The notes under the pieces were generated by a model. That model worked only from the letters and a program-made list of their open reading frames with translations. It was not told where the DNA came from and did not search any database. A DNA stretch of 61,186 bases, filler included, from Basidiobolus ranarum (Eukaryota), in the NCBI GenBank assembly GCA_040143965.1. It is 20 parts of 20 records of this genome, joined end to end, with 100 filler letters (N's around TTAATTAATTAA, not from the genome) between each part and the next. Parts side by side here need not be neighbours in the genome. Positions count along the whole stretch, not along the records: positions 1 to 2,980 come from JASJQH010002815.1; positions 3,081 to 6,059 come from JASJQH010002816.1; positions 6,160 to 9,136 come from JASJQH010002817.1; positions 9,237 to 12,211 come from JASJQH010002818.1; 16 more parts are not named here. The stretch is one strand, 5' to 3'. The position numbers were made by a program, and so were the translations under genes. Each line of letters opens with the position of its first letter. Positions within the stretch are counted from its first letter, which is position 1. Of the stretch, positions 1 through 12,311 are shown in pieces.

Positions 1-625
1 CGAGCTTACCTTGACTCACTTAAACTCGATATAACTAGTACACTCCAGGGTGTACAACACCAACTGTATATTCATATTGGGATTTAATAGTATTATTGTG
101 GAAGTGGTAAAAGGCTAATATGTTCTTGGTGTGATTATCAGTCAAAAATAGGTTATAAAAACTGCCTTTACATTCGCAGTTCAGTATACAAACATCCACT
201 ACGCTCTGGAACTATCATCCGACATCTCCGTTATCTAGTCTTCGGCTTGTTGGTACCTCGATGAAGGTTCTTCACTGGGGTAGTTGGTTCAAAGCTTACT
301 GTTCACCTTTTTGTCTCTGAAAATTGGTCACATGGTAGAAGCATGTAGCTTCAGGGGTAGGGAATTCTCAACCGTATCCCGAAGAAAGTTCTTCGATAAA
401 GCTTCCGGCTCTAAGTTTCCTGCTCACCTTGTTATGGATGGAAATTGCTCACGTTATGTAATCATATAGCTCCATGAGCAAGGAATTTTATTTTTGAACC
501 CTTCAGCACGAACCATTGGAGTATTCATGGGCCACCGTTTGATGTAACAGCAATCGATATTGAATAAAGGAATGTTGGATAAAAATCGGATTTCTACTAT
601 TATGTTTTTGTGTATGCTATGAATG
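1..625 (+). repeat. Tandem unit A: putative small transcription unit
   Basis: TGACTCA 12-18, TATAAAA 154-160, GTATACAAACATCCACTACGCTCT from 184, AATAAA 563-568. Alignable by eye with 2137-2635 and more weakly with 1160-1600. Confidence 0.6.
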
Positions 626-1159
626 ATTGCTCAAAATTTGGCGGAATCAAATTTACTAAGCTAACGAATATAAGTTAAACTGGTATTTCTGTCAGTACTT
701 TACCCACACCTTACTATGGAAGAAGTATCTTGCAAGCCATGATTGATTCCGTTGTTTTTTCAGATACGTTTAGTGTTCAACCTGAATATACTGGTAACGT
801 ATTGATGTTACCATGACTCGTAAAATACTGTTGTCACAGTTGCGGAGCGTAAAGTAACAGATTTCGCTTACCACAACAAGTAAATATTGAGTCTTTTCTT
901 ACATATCTAGCTATGATAGAATATCCTTCTCACTACTTCTAACTCTCTTTCTCATAATTGTGGAACATACCAATCTTAGTGTAACTAATATAAGAAGAAA
1001 TGCAAGTCGTGTTGAGATCGTTTCAGGAAGCATCATCATGCTTTTTATTTGCTGATTCAGAGTAAAACGACCTACATGAAGCCCTCAAAGCTCTCTACAC
1101 GCTTTAATGATGATCTTACATACGGCGACTACTCATCTAGAATAGTTAAAACCGGTAAT

Positions 1160-1600
1160 ATGACTCACCTTGTAACGAATCCCAATCTCTATCTACTAAT
1201 TATTATCCCGTTGTGTAGCTGGTGTTACTAACGAGAATATCAGCTGAACAAGCTCGATCCATATATAAAGACATCTTCTATTCTTTGAAGCGGTATACAA
1301 ACATCCTCTACGCTCTTCAAGCTTCATCAAGCGTCTCCATTACCAAATCTTAGGGTTCTTGGCTCTCCGTGGAAAGCTCTCCAACCAAAGACCTTCTATT
1401 CAGTTTGCTACCTGTGGAAATGCTACCCTCTCTGTAGCCAGTCTATCCTCGTGGAGTAGAGTGACGCCACTACTGAACCTTTTGGGCTCAACTAACGGAG
1501 TTTCCATAAATCACTAGTTAGTAATAGTTCTATTAAGAATAAAGGAACGCTTGATTAAGTTCGTATTTATTTTAAAGTGAATGTGAATATATGCTAGTAT
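1160..1600 (+). repeat. Tandem unit B (diverged paralog)
   Basis: TGACTCA 1161-1167, TATATAAA 1262-1269, GTATACAAACATCCTCTACGCTCT 1293-1316, and GAATAAAGGAA..TTGATTAA..TCGTATTTAT around 1537-1570. Confidence 0.55.
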
Positions 1601-2136
1601 TGTGACTCAATAGATACTGCAGAAAATTCCGCATCAAAAGCTTATTGGCGATGCATTCGAATAGATCATCTATCAAGTTACTACCATCACTAGTATAAAA
1701 TAATGGGTTTATAATTGATGCTGGTCTCAATGCGCAGGCAATCTAAATAGTACAATATACATGGCCTTTGTATCAATACTTCGATCGAAATAACATCTAA
1801 TATGTATTCAATAAAGCTGCTACCATCACCAACGAGAGGGTATATTGATAATAGCTGACATTTTTGCTACTGGTTCCAATACAATTTAATAGTGGAGTAT
1901 ACGTGGTATATATACATAGACTTTATTTTATGATGCACTACTTTGGGGTTAGATCAATCGAGAAAGCATTTGACAATGCTTAAAACATGGAGGGAATATT
2001 TTTCCTTTGAACTTGCGTTCAGCCCAATTCAGGCGAACCATGGAATTCTATTGTAGAACGTAACGTGTTTCAACAATATACTTTGTTATGTAGTATCAAT
2101 AGCTATTGGGGAGAATCCGGTTACTAATTTTTAAAC

Positions 2137-2635
2137 GGGCTTTCCTTGACTCACTTAAACTCGATACAATTTGTGCACCCCATTGTGGACGACGCCAGAT
2201 GGATCTAGATAGTAATCTTGATTTTATATAGTGATTCTATAGTTTCACTGTAGAAAATGGTAGAATGTAGGTGTATAAGATATCTTATAGAAGCTGCCTT
2301 TCAATTTGTACTTCAGTATACAAACATCCACTACGCTCTGGAACCATTATCCGATATCTCCGCTATCTAGTCTTTGACTTGCTGCTATTCCGAAGAAGGC
2401 TCTCTATTGGGGTACTGGGTTGAAAGTTCGCTGTTCCCCTTATTGTCTTTGAAAATTGGCCACATGGTGGACTCATGTAGCTTCATGAGCAGGGAACTCT
2501 ACCTTTGGATCATTCATCATCGACAGATAGAGTTTTCACGGACCATCATTCGATGTAGTAACAATCAATTCTGAATAAAGGAATATTTGATTAAACTCGT
2601 ATTTATATTCGTATTTGTGTGTATGTCATGAATAG
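2137..2635 (+). repeat. Tandem unit C (close paralog of unit A)
   Basis: CCTTGACTCACTTAAACTCGATA shared with unit A, TATAGAA 2286-2292, same 5' motif near 2314, AATAAA 2574-2579. Confidence 0.6.
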
Positions 2636-2980
2636 AAATAAACTTCTATGCTAATGAATTGGAGTTCAACTAGCATTTAGTTTACTATTCTACGGATTGA
2701 ATGGCTAGTAAGGTGCTTGAAGTGTTTCGTAATGGCTAGTAACGTTAATGTTTGAGTTATTTTCAGACATATTTTGTGTTTAACGCAAATAAATGTTGGC
2801 CCACGATCCTGGAGCAATTTAACTCATATAAGATAAATTTTCATGCTACTCCTAATATGGTAACAAGTTCAAGTCATGTTGAAATGGTTTCTGGTGACAC
2901 CATTAAAACTAAATACATTCCACACACAGCCCAACTTTAATAGATAACAATCTGGGCGCTTTAGTCCAACTTCCAGTGAT

Positions 2981-3080
2981 NNNNNNNNNNNNNNNNNNNN
3001 NNNNNNNNNNNNNNNNNNNNNNNNTTAATTAATTAANNNNNNNNNNNNNNNNNNNNNNNNNNNNNNNNNNNNNNNNNNNN
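2981..3080. other. Artificial scaffold spacer (N44-TTAATTAATTAA-N44), first of 19
   Basis: Identical 100-nt spacer with stops in all six frames, starting at 2981, 6060, 9137, 12212, 15285, 18355, 21423, 24488, 27553, 30617, 33678, 36738, 39797, 42855, 45912, 48968, 52024, 55080 and 58134. Intervening lengths fall from 2980 to 2953 bp. Confidence 0.98.
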
Positions 3081-3208
3081 GTTAGTTTTCTGTATTTCCA
3101 CCAAAAAGTATAAGTGCTTTATTTCTGGACAATAAACAATTATCTCACAAAGCTACTCACAACTCCACTTTTCTAAAGTTCCTCCAAACAGCCCATATTT
3201 TCCCAATA
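3081..3208 (+). mobile_element. Short Ty1/copia LTR (5' end cut by scaffold edge)
   Basis: Near-identical to 51855-51983, which is followed by a copia-type PBS. Confidence 0.7.
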
Positions 3209-3209
3209 A

Positions 3210-3669
3210 TACCAAGTCAAGACTGGACAAGGAAGATACTTAGGCAAGAATCTTTATTGATAAATGGCATTGATCAGACCTCAGTCTGATCAAGGAATAC
3301 ATGGGGCTTATAAAAGTATTGCAGGGTGAAACATAATATACTGAATATGCCATATACTGTGGCAAGTTAAAGTGTTGGGGTGTTGGGAACTACAGCAACC
3401 AATACAAAGAGGGTTGATGTAAGGATTATGTAAGGGCAAGCAGGTGACCTTCCATGGAAGGTCTTGGCGGAAATACACTTTGTGTGAGATGACATGAGTG
3501 GTTAGGTTTCATGGAATGTTCCAAAGAACATGACTCCCATATAAGGTAACCTGGATGAACTAATTCAAGATTGCCAAGAAGGGATGGCACAGCAGATATG
3601 ATGTCATAATCTAATAATAGAAGAGTTCTATTTGCAGTGGATTTGTGTGCCAAGATCAGAATCATGACA
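3210..3669 (-). mobile_element. Ty3/gypsy LTR remnant
   Basis: Reverse complement of the LTR at 37646-38514; starts TGTCATGA on the minus strand at 3669. Confidence 0.8.
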
Positions 3670-5165
3670 GAAAGTAGATGAGGAAAGAGAGAAGTGAGGG
3701 GCCAAATTTTGTTGTTGTTTTTCACATAACCAGTTGTCACATTTAACTGTCTGATGGATAGCATTGGTCAAGGTGACTGTGTCAGCCTTAGTGAGTATAA
3801 GATTTCTCATGTTTTCTCAAAGTCCATATTGAAACTAGTTGATCTAGGCAGATTCTGCCAAATTGAGATCACAGGCAAGAGGGCAAATTCTGCAGCATAA
3901 GTTGATGCAGGCTTTGACCCTTGTTTAAGTGCACAGTGCTTGGTAGCTGAAGCTTATTTCTTGTCTGCATTTCCAAATGTAGCTTCCAGTTTGGCAAGGA
4001 AATTTGAAAGAAGTTGATATTGTCTTACCATGCACACTGCAAACCATTATAGAGCTGTCTCTGATAATAGTGTTTCTACTAGGCCTTCTTGTTTTTGGTC
4101 AGAGGTATAACAATGGGGATGTAGCTAGATGATGATCTACACTTGGTTGATAAAGCCACAATACTTTTGGCAGCAGCTGTCAAATGTATTGGGTAAGGAG
4201 CTCTTTGGTTCAGGAGTTGTAATTGCATAATAGTAGGGTAGAGTTGCATTCTGTAATTGAGCAAGTAATGCACAAAGTTGTGATTTTCTTACCAAAGCTG
4301 AGCAACAGCTTGCTTGATATTTTCCATTGTGGGAGCTGGTGTAGACAAAATACTTGCTATGTTGGGAGGGGGAAGTTTCAAAACCACAAGTTTCTCTAGG
4401 AATAAAAATCACAATGCAATGTCCAACTTTCTGTTGAAGAAACAATGGGGGCCTTGACAAAACAATATGCTGGTATCTACCTCTTTTGATCTTGATCGAG
4501 TACTAAAGCTTCTTTGATCCTGGACTTTAAATTTTCCACAATTGGCTCAAATCAAGGTGATTTTGGGCAAGATGCCACTGAGTTTCCAAAATGTTAGATT
4601 ATTCATAATCAGAGCAAATAACACCAGCTCTGATATTGAGAGTCTCTTAATTTGCCAGTTTTCCCATGAGATGGCTACTCTCCTTTGCCAAAGTATTTTT
4701 TGCATTGTTGTATTAGATCTCAAACCAAGCATTACTGTTTCCTGCCTGAAGCTCCCTTGTAATGCATCTATCCAAATTTATATGGCAGGACATACAATAG
4801 TTGGTAAAGTAGGCTTCTTGGAAGTTGATGGCTTTGATGATGCTTCTATTGAACTTGGCTCAAATATATATCTACTCTATGATTGCAAGGGTCACAAAAA
4901 GAAACCGGACAAGTACTGGAAGCAGTGACAAGAGGCTAACAGGCATGAACATACTCTGGTGTAGACCACCAGGCAAGACAGGACAAGACTGAACATTGGT
5001 AAGACTAAGAGCTGATCAAGGAAAATAGGGAGCCTATATAGATATTACATAGTGAAACATAATATATATTCAATAGGGAATATATTGTGGCAAGTTTAAG
5101 TGCCAGGATATTGGACCAGGGCCAATACAAAGAGATATTATGTAAGGATGATCAGGTGACCTTCC
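3670..5165 (-). mobile_element. Degenerate Ty3/gypsy gag and LTR fragments
   Basis: Minus-strand remnants PEPKSSLPNTFD..KYCGFINQV and QGSKPASTYAAEF resemble retrotransposon gag; many stops. The stretch near 4990-5165 resembles the gypsy LTR. Boundaries approximate. Confidence 0.55.
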
Positions 5166-5429
5166 ATGGAATTTCTTGGTGGTCTAAACTCCCAGAGTCC
5201 ATTTTAGTTTCTCCTACTGAGTCCATTGGTTATGATTCACACCATATTTTGGCAACACTGTTGAAAGTGAAGATATTGCAGAGTTTTATGAGTCATATAT
5301 CCCAAATGATGTAGGTTCAAGTGCAAGTTTGGTCAAGCCTGTAAGTCCAGAAAGCTGTAAGGAATTGCTGCTTATAGCTGATCATAGTTATCCTTGTGCC
5401 AAGGGCAGTTTATCAGAACAAGATCAAGT

Positions 5430-6059
5430 CAAAGATGATGGTTTTGTTATAGTATTTTTGTTTTTGGCTGGCAGTAGTTCACTCTTAACATTGACAGTCA
5501 AGGAAGTAGCTTGTATAATGAAAGAGTGAAGAGTTGAATCTAATCTTAGCAACCAGGCATTTACTGGTTTCCTTACATGTCCATCATAGTTATTTGGCAA
5601 CTGTTGCTGGCAACAGACCTTGTACAAGTGCAAGAATGCGTGTCAAGCATATGGGTGGTAATCCTTCAGTAATCAAAGTATCTTCATGTACAAATGGTTG
5701 TTTGGCTTACACTGGTGAACAAATATGCCTGAAGTTATGTACTATTTGCACACAATTGGCAAGCACTAAATCAGGTAAATATCACTCATGTTAGGCATGC
5801 ATGCTTTTGACACCTTGTCTCAAGTATTAATGAAATCATACTAATATACATCCTTGATCTGGTACCAGAGTACCCACTATAGCAGATAGTTTTACCAATA
5901 CGTTTAATAGATATCACTATCAGAATCTAAAAAGTCCAGGTTTAAGTAGTATTGGAGTGTTGTTGAATAGTAAGTGCATGGTGCCTAATGGGAAGCTCTG
6001 GCTCCAGCTGATCCCCTTTAGCAATATAATCTTAGGCTTATGGCTAATACCAAGTTTGA
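5430..6059 (+). mobile_element. CACTA/En-Spm transposase remnant
   Basis: SCTNGCLAYTG..CTICTQLA motif, homologous to 27911-28396 (-) and 60699-61040 (+). Confidence 0.65.
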
Positions 6060-6639
6060 NNNNNNNNNNNNNNNNNNNNNNNNNNNNNNNNNNNNNNNNN
6101 NNNTTAATTAATTAANNNNNNNNNNNNNNNNNNNNNNNNNNNNNNNNNNNNNNNNNNNNTGGTCTGGTGTTGACTGTGCCAATTTAGGAAAAATTTAGTA
6201 CACAGTGTCACAATAATGCTGAGTATCTGGCAGATAGCTGTGAGAATTTTGATTTAGCAATGTTAATACAATTGTAGCCTTTGATACATATTTGTGTTGG
6301 ATATGAACATAATTTTGGGTATGAAAAACTCAATAAAAATATTTTGGAGAATATTTCCATAAAACTGGGATTTCAATGGCAACTAATGAGCAATCAAGTG
6401 GTGGATATGTAAAATTGGAGTTGAATTTTTTGCACACATGTTGATCCATGATTCTCCAATATTGTAGCCAATCATGTGCAAATGTTTTGGAAGATCTAAA
6501 GGTTAGTAATCTCATTCCTGAGACTGAAACAATTGATCAGAATCAAATCTAACTTGCAAATTTTATGATGGTAAGTCAATGGTGAATCAAAAATGGATTC
6601 AAATTTTGATTCCTTACTTATAATGACAATCCTCCAATG

Positions 6640-9136
6640 TGTTGAAATTAGGCAAATAGCAACTCATTAGTTAGTAGTAAGTTTATTCAAATTCTGATTA
6701 TTTAGCATTTAATTCTACCATTCAAAGTTGTGTGTTTATTGCTTGAATTGATAGAACTATGAATTGGATCACTTTTACCAATTTTCACTATTTTCTCAAA
6801 ACTTCTCCAAATCATCTCAAATTTTCACCCATGCTTAACAGGCATATTTGTTATAATCTAAGCGTGTCCATATATCCTGTTTCAAAATAAACTACACATA
6901 GGATATAATCAATTCAATAAAACTTAAGTGTCTAGTTCACAAATCTGAATCTTGTCCAAAACACTTCTAAATCCTCTAAGCACCTTTATCAGGATATGAG
7001 CCCCAAGCTAGCCACTAAAGAAATGTCTACCAACACTATAATCAATGTTTTGCTTACATAGCAAAGTTTGACGGTGAAGACTTTCACCTCTGGTAGTTCA
7101 AGATGCAAATGGTGCTAGAAGACAACAATCTGTGGGGATTTGTCATTGGAAAAGAAATAGAGCCAAAGGGACCACCAGAAGCTATCCTTACCTTTGAGAA
7201 AAAGCATAGGAAAGCACTCTCTACACTTTGTATACACCTCAGAAACTCTCAATTGAGGCACATGCACTCATCCAAAAACAACCAGACTACTTGGGAAATA
7301 CTTGAAGGACTATACAAAACTAAAAGTTCAGCTAAATGGCTATATCTTTGGCAAAAATTGCTCTCAATTCAGATGAATTCTGGTTAGTATATGGCTAAAT
7401 ATATAAATCAGATAAAAACTATGGCAGACTAGCTCTCATCCATTGGAGCTCCTCTGAGTAAAGATAATTTAGTCATGACACTACTTGGGAGCCCGCCAGG
7501 CAAGTTTGGTATTCTCATAACTGCCTTAGAATCAAAATTTCATCCATTAAGAGTGGAATATGTTGGTGCTAGGCTTTTGAATGATGTATTCAGGAGATCT
7601 TGATCTCAGCAAAATAATTCATATTAGTCATTTTTGGAGCTATAAATCATCAAACTGGCTGCAATAATAGTGCCCCTGATAGGAAACCAATTATATGCAT
7701 ATATTGCAAGAGACCAGGCCATTTAATCAAAGTTTGCAGAAGAAGGATTTTTGCCAAAAAGCTAAAATTGGAGCAAGCTAATCAAGCACTGATAGGGATC
7801 ATCTGTTTGTTTCTGCCCTTCAGCAACCACTAAATTAGACTCAGATGCATGATATAATTGTTCAGGAGCTTCCCAGCATATATCATACATGAAAGAATGG
7901 TTGAGCAGCTTGAAACCCATCCAAGCAAGCAAAGTCTACTTAGATGAAGACTAAGCACTAGAAGCAGTTGGTAAAGGCACAATTATGCTCAAATTAGATC
8001 AAAATATGGCTACACCATCTGCATAATGGATGATGTACTCTAAGTACCACATGTAACCAAGAATCTGCTCTCAGAAAGCCTAGCAACCACTCAAGGTACT
8101 TTCTGACCTTTATTGATGACAAAATAAGATATACTCTGGTATTCTTTCTCCAATGATAATCTGAAACATTAGCTATGTTCAAGCACTCCAAAGGTAGAGA
8201 ATGAATCAGCACAAAAAAGTAGGGTACTAGAGAGTCATAATAGTGGAGAATATTGCTCTAAAGACTTTGCTAGTTCTTTTTCTAAACAAGAAATTGTGCA
8301 ACAACATACTATACCATGTACTCCACAGCAAAATGGTGTTGAGGAATGTGCTAACAGGACCATAGTGGTGATGGCCAGATCAATGTTACAGGATCACAGT
8401 TAGATTAACAACATTGAGCTATATCTGTCTCCACTGCAGTCTGTATCAAGAAACAGAGGTCTAAAGAGATTGCTAAAACTTCTACTCCATTTGAAACCCT
8501 ATATGAATCAAATCAAGTGTGTATTATCTCAGCATCTTTGGTTGCATAGCTTGTTGCATAATTCCAGCTCCAAAATGTTCTAAATTGGAACCCAAAAGCA
8601 GAAAATGTATATATTTTGGTTGCTGTGATGGATCTAAGGCCTATAGACTGCTGGTTACCAATTATCAGAAGTTAATTAAGTGCAGAGATTTGATTTTTGA
8701 TTCAAAAGGAAGTTTTTTACCGCAAATCACAGTTTTTAATGAAGAAAAACAATTGGCACCAGTCAGTGAGTGTCTAAATTCCAGCTGTATCTGTTCCCAA
8801 TTCAACCAAAATTCCAGCTTCAATTACAGCACAGGATGAATCCAGACCTAGCAGTTTATCAAGAAGAAGGCATAAGCTTTGGAACTGGTGGAACACTCTT
8901 AATGATAGTGTCTATGCTTACACAGCATTCTTCAATGAGCCACAGACTCTGGATGAAGCTCTAGAGTGTACAGAAGCAAAATTATGGGAAACAGCAAAGT
9001 CTGGCAAGCTTCTGTCACTTCAGGACAATAAAGAATGGGTCATAAGTCATATACCACCAGGAATAAAGGCAATAGGCTCCTTATGAGTCTGCAAAGTTAA
9101 AGACTGAGCTGATGGAACCATAGAAAGATACAAAGC
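6640..9136 (+). mobile_element. Decayed Ty1/copia retrotransposon: 5' LTR 6640-6991, PBS 6992-7004, gag-protease-integrase-RT start
   Basis: LTR TGTTGAAA...TTTATCA matches 18865-19199; PBS GGATATGAGCCCC; gag MVLEDNNLWGFVIG; zinc knuckle near 7695; integrase TPQQNGV and SKLEPKSRKCI; RT ADGTIERYK. Stops and frameshifts throughout. Confidence 0.9.
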
Positions 9137-9236
9137 NNNNNNNNNNNNNNNNNNNNNNNNNNNNNNNNNNNNNNNNNNNNTTAATTAATTAANNNNNNNN
9201 NNNNNNNNNNNNNNNNNNNNNNNNNNNNNNNNNNNN

Positions 9237-10925
9237 AGGAAGTGTTGGAGTGTACTGTATGAAAGATACTCATCAGTCAGCCATTGAAGAGAAGTCACAG
9301 GAAATTCAGAATTGTCATTACCGATGCAAACTCATGGTACCAAGTCCCTGTACTCTAAAGTGGGGCACTCGAAATACGAAGGTTCTACACTCTTGATCAT
9401 AAACGAATAATCTTGACACAATCCCATTCACCAAGTTCAACAATGCCTATCATCAATCAACCGACGAGGTTAAATTCTTGTACGAAAAAGTAAAAACCGT
9501 ATGGCTTTACCTTCATAAATGCTGAAGTTTCAATGACAACGGAGCGGGATTTTTCCCAGTTCCCCCCTCGAAAGTATCTGAACAACAATCAATATCGAAA
9601 CATGAACACACGCATATACAAATACTCACTTTTGATAGACAACTTCGAATGTTCGAGTATCTGACTCAGATAAATAAGGTGGCCTCAAACCATTACTTTG
9701 TGTAAGTGCGGGGGTATCCCATGAGTTTGGTATCTATGTTATATCCAACGCCTGATGATCAGTAATGAAAACAAATATCTACTGAGAGTGCACCATACCA
9801 TTGTATCTCCTGCGCTAGCATCGACATTTTTCAAACTTTGTGGAAATATTTGCGCTAAAGATTCACTTGGCTCGTTGTGTTTGTGTGTAACTGGAAGTGT
9901 AGCTGCCTTTGGAAGTTTGTACGTGCGATCAGCTGGTTTAGAGCTCTCGTCAGGTATAGAGCCAAACACACTATAGGGCACTTCTGGTAGGCTTGGAATC
10001 TCAAAGTTGATATTAAACCCTGCACAATCATCTACTTGATTATCTAAAATAATTCAAACATCGCTGTAAGCAAGCAGTCAGATTATGCTAGAAAAAGTGC
10101 AGTAAATTGTACCAGATAGTGGTTTCAACCCCCCAAAGAAACTAGGTCTTGGAGTTGTGGATTCAGTTAACTTGCCGTACTTAAAAAACTCTAAAGATTA
10201 TATATGTTACATTACAAGCACAATTTTTCGCATTCAGTCGAACTGAAGAGGATGTATGATTTTTACCATTAAACTCTGAGTGCTCAAGCTCTGTAGGGAT
10301 AAAGTCCTCTTTAAGAGTCTGATTAGGCTCCTCTTGAAATAACTCCGCGGGATATTGGAAATAATCATTAGGGCTATCCATATTTACTCTTTGAGCATTT
10401 TCATAATTCGAAATTCTAGTCCCAAAAAACTCTTCAGTACTGGGCTGTTGTCGTTTATGAAACTCTTTCTTCGTAAGGGCTTTTTCTACTTCACTAAATG
10501 AAAATCATCATAAGGAAAAGCCAATATATTCATTGTAATTACAAATTCTAGAGGCACTATTTAAGCGATAGAATATATGCCTCTTTTTGCTCTACAAACC
10601 TTGAGAATTTAGGTAGCTTCGAGTCAACTGGACTTTGGTCAGCTAATTTGGTCAAAAAATAGAGGATGTGTGGTAATTCTGTGTACCCTTGAGTTTCTGC
10701 ATTCTCTACCTGCTCTTGCACAGTATCAACAATAATTTCTAGAGCATCGGCCTTGTCGTACAGTTGTCGACTCCTTAATAGATATTCATACCCAGCGTAT
10801 GTGTCATAAACCTTATCCCAGTCTATAGTTTCATCATTAGTCTTCTTCTGAAGTTTCAAAGCCTCGAAATATTGTGAGTAGTAATTAGACAAGCCTAATT
10901 TCCCAAAGGTATGTGCGAAAGACAT
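9237..10925 (-). CDS. Gamma-tubulin complex component (Spc97/Spc98 family, GCP6-like), multi-exon, 3' end cut by scaffold edge
   Basis: ATG at 10925. Manually spliced GT-AG exons give IPNSWDTP...PYLSESDTRTFEVVY and ALLNLVNGIVSRLFVYDQECRTFVF...RVQGLGTMSL, resembling the region leading into the GRIP1 domain of fungal GCP6/Alp16. Family call is from motif recall. Confidence 0.6.
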
Positions 10926-11301
10926 GAGATCAACTCAAATAGATCTACTGTTTACGAATTAACCAATAAGAGCTTTAAATATAAGCTAGAGAAAACGACC
11001 AACTACAACAAGGTTTTTGTTGTACCAGAGGATATACAAGTTTTGAAATAATGAAGTGCTTGATCGTCTTGACCTAGATGTTTATTTACTTTAGAAGTTC
11101 ACAAAATATCGAAACTGATCCAAATCGTTCAAGTTAGATTAAACATGAGTTATTTTACCTAGTTACCAGAAAAAAAATCAGTGTTAGTAGAATTTAGATT
11201 ATTTGACAAATTCGGGTGATTTTAGAGCATAAACGCGTACTTCACGCTATTTTAAAGTTAACCATTGATAATACCTTCTACATTTATTTTATTTCTTTGA
11301 A

Positions 11302-12184
11302 ATGAGCGATTCCAGAAATCCAGTTGTGTTTTTTGATATTTCTATCGGTGGCCAGCCAGCAGGTCGCATGAAGATGGAATTGTTCAAAGATGTAGTTCCT
11401 AAGACTGCTGAGAATTTCCGGTAAAGTTTTATTGTTAGAATGTAGTTACGATGTTTATATGCTTACATTCTCTTCTTTGAACTCTAGACAACTTTGTACT
11501 GGGGAATATAGGTAATTTCACCACGATCTTCATAAATAGTTTTCAAGTGTTCATTTATACACTCTATCTAGAAAGAATGGAGTTCCTCAAGGATACAAAA
11601 ACTGCTCCTTTCACAGGTATTAATAGGTGATATTGTCACGCCTAGTATTTCGACTAACAGATAACATAGAGTGATCAAGGATTTCATGGTTCAAGGTGGC
11701 GATTTCGTCAAAGTAATATAAAAAGACTATTCAGTACTTCTGCATATAGAAACACTCAGTTAACCTAGATTTTTACTTAGGGAGATGGAACTGGTATGAT
11801 GAGTATTTATGGGGATAACTTTGAAGATGAGAGCTTCACTTTGAAACATAGTGGACCAGGTCTCTTATCCATGGTAAAATCACAAGTCCACTTATAATCG
11901 CGACCTTTATGCTGATTATTTCTTTTATATTAGGCTAATAGCGGGCCCAATACCAATGGATGCCAGGTAGTGATAAAGTATTTATTGATATCGAGCGTTC
12001 ATTAATCTTTTCTCTACAGTTCTTCATCACATGTGCCAAATGTGATTTCTTGGATGGTAAACACGTAGTCTTCGGCAAACTAGTAGACGGATTATTGACG
12101 CTGAGAAAGATCGAGAACGTCATGACTGGCCCTAACAACAGACCTAAGCTTCCAGTTGTCGTGACCGAATGTGGCGAGATGTAG
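11302..12184 (+). CDS. PPIH: Cyclophilin H-type peptidyl-prolyl isomerase (U4/U6 snRNP-associated), 7 exons
   Basis: Introns 11421-11487, 11512-11571, 11617-11669, 11713-11780, 11874-11933 and 11967-12019, all GT-AG. Spliced protein [116 protein letters not shown]. Confidence 0.93.
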
Positions 12185-12311
12185 ATTTGGTTTGATCGAC
12201 ATATCACCTCANNNNNNNNNNNNNNNNNNNNNNNNNNNNNNNNNNNNNNNNNNNNTTAATTAATTAANNNNNNNNNNNNNNNNNNNNNNNNNNNNNNNNN
12301 NNNNNNNNNNN

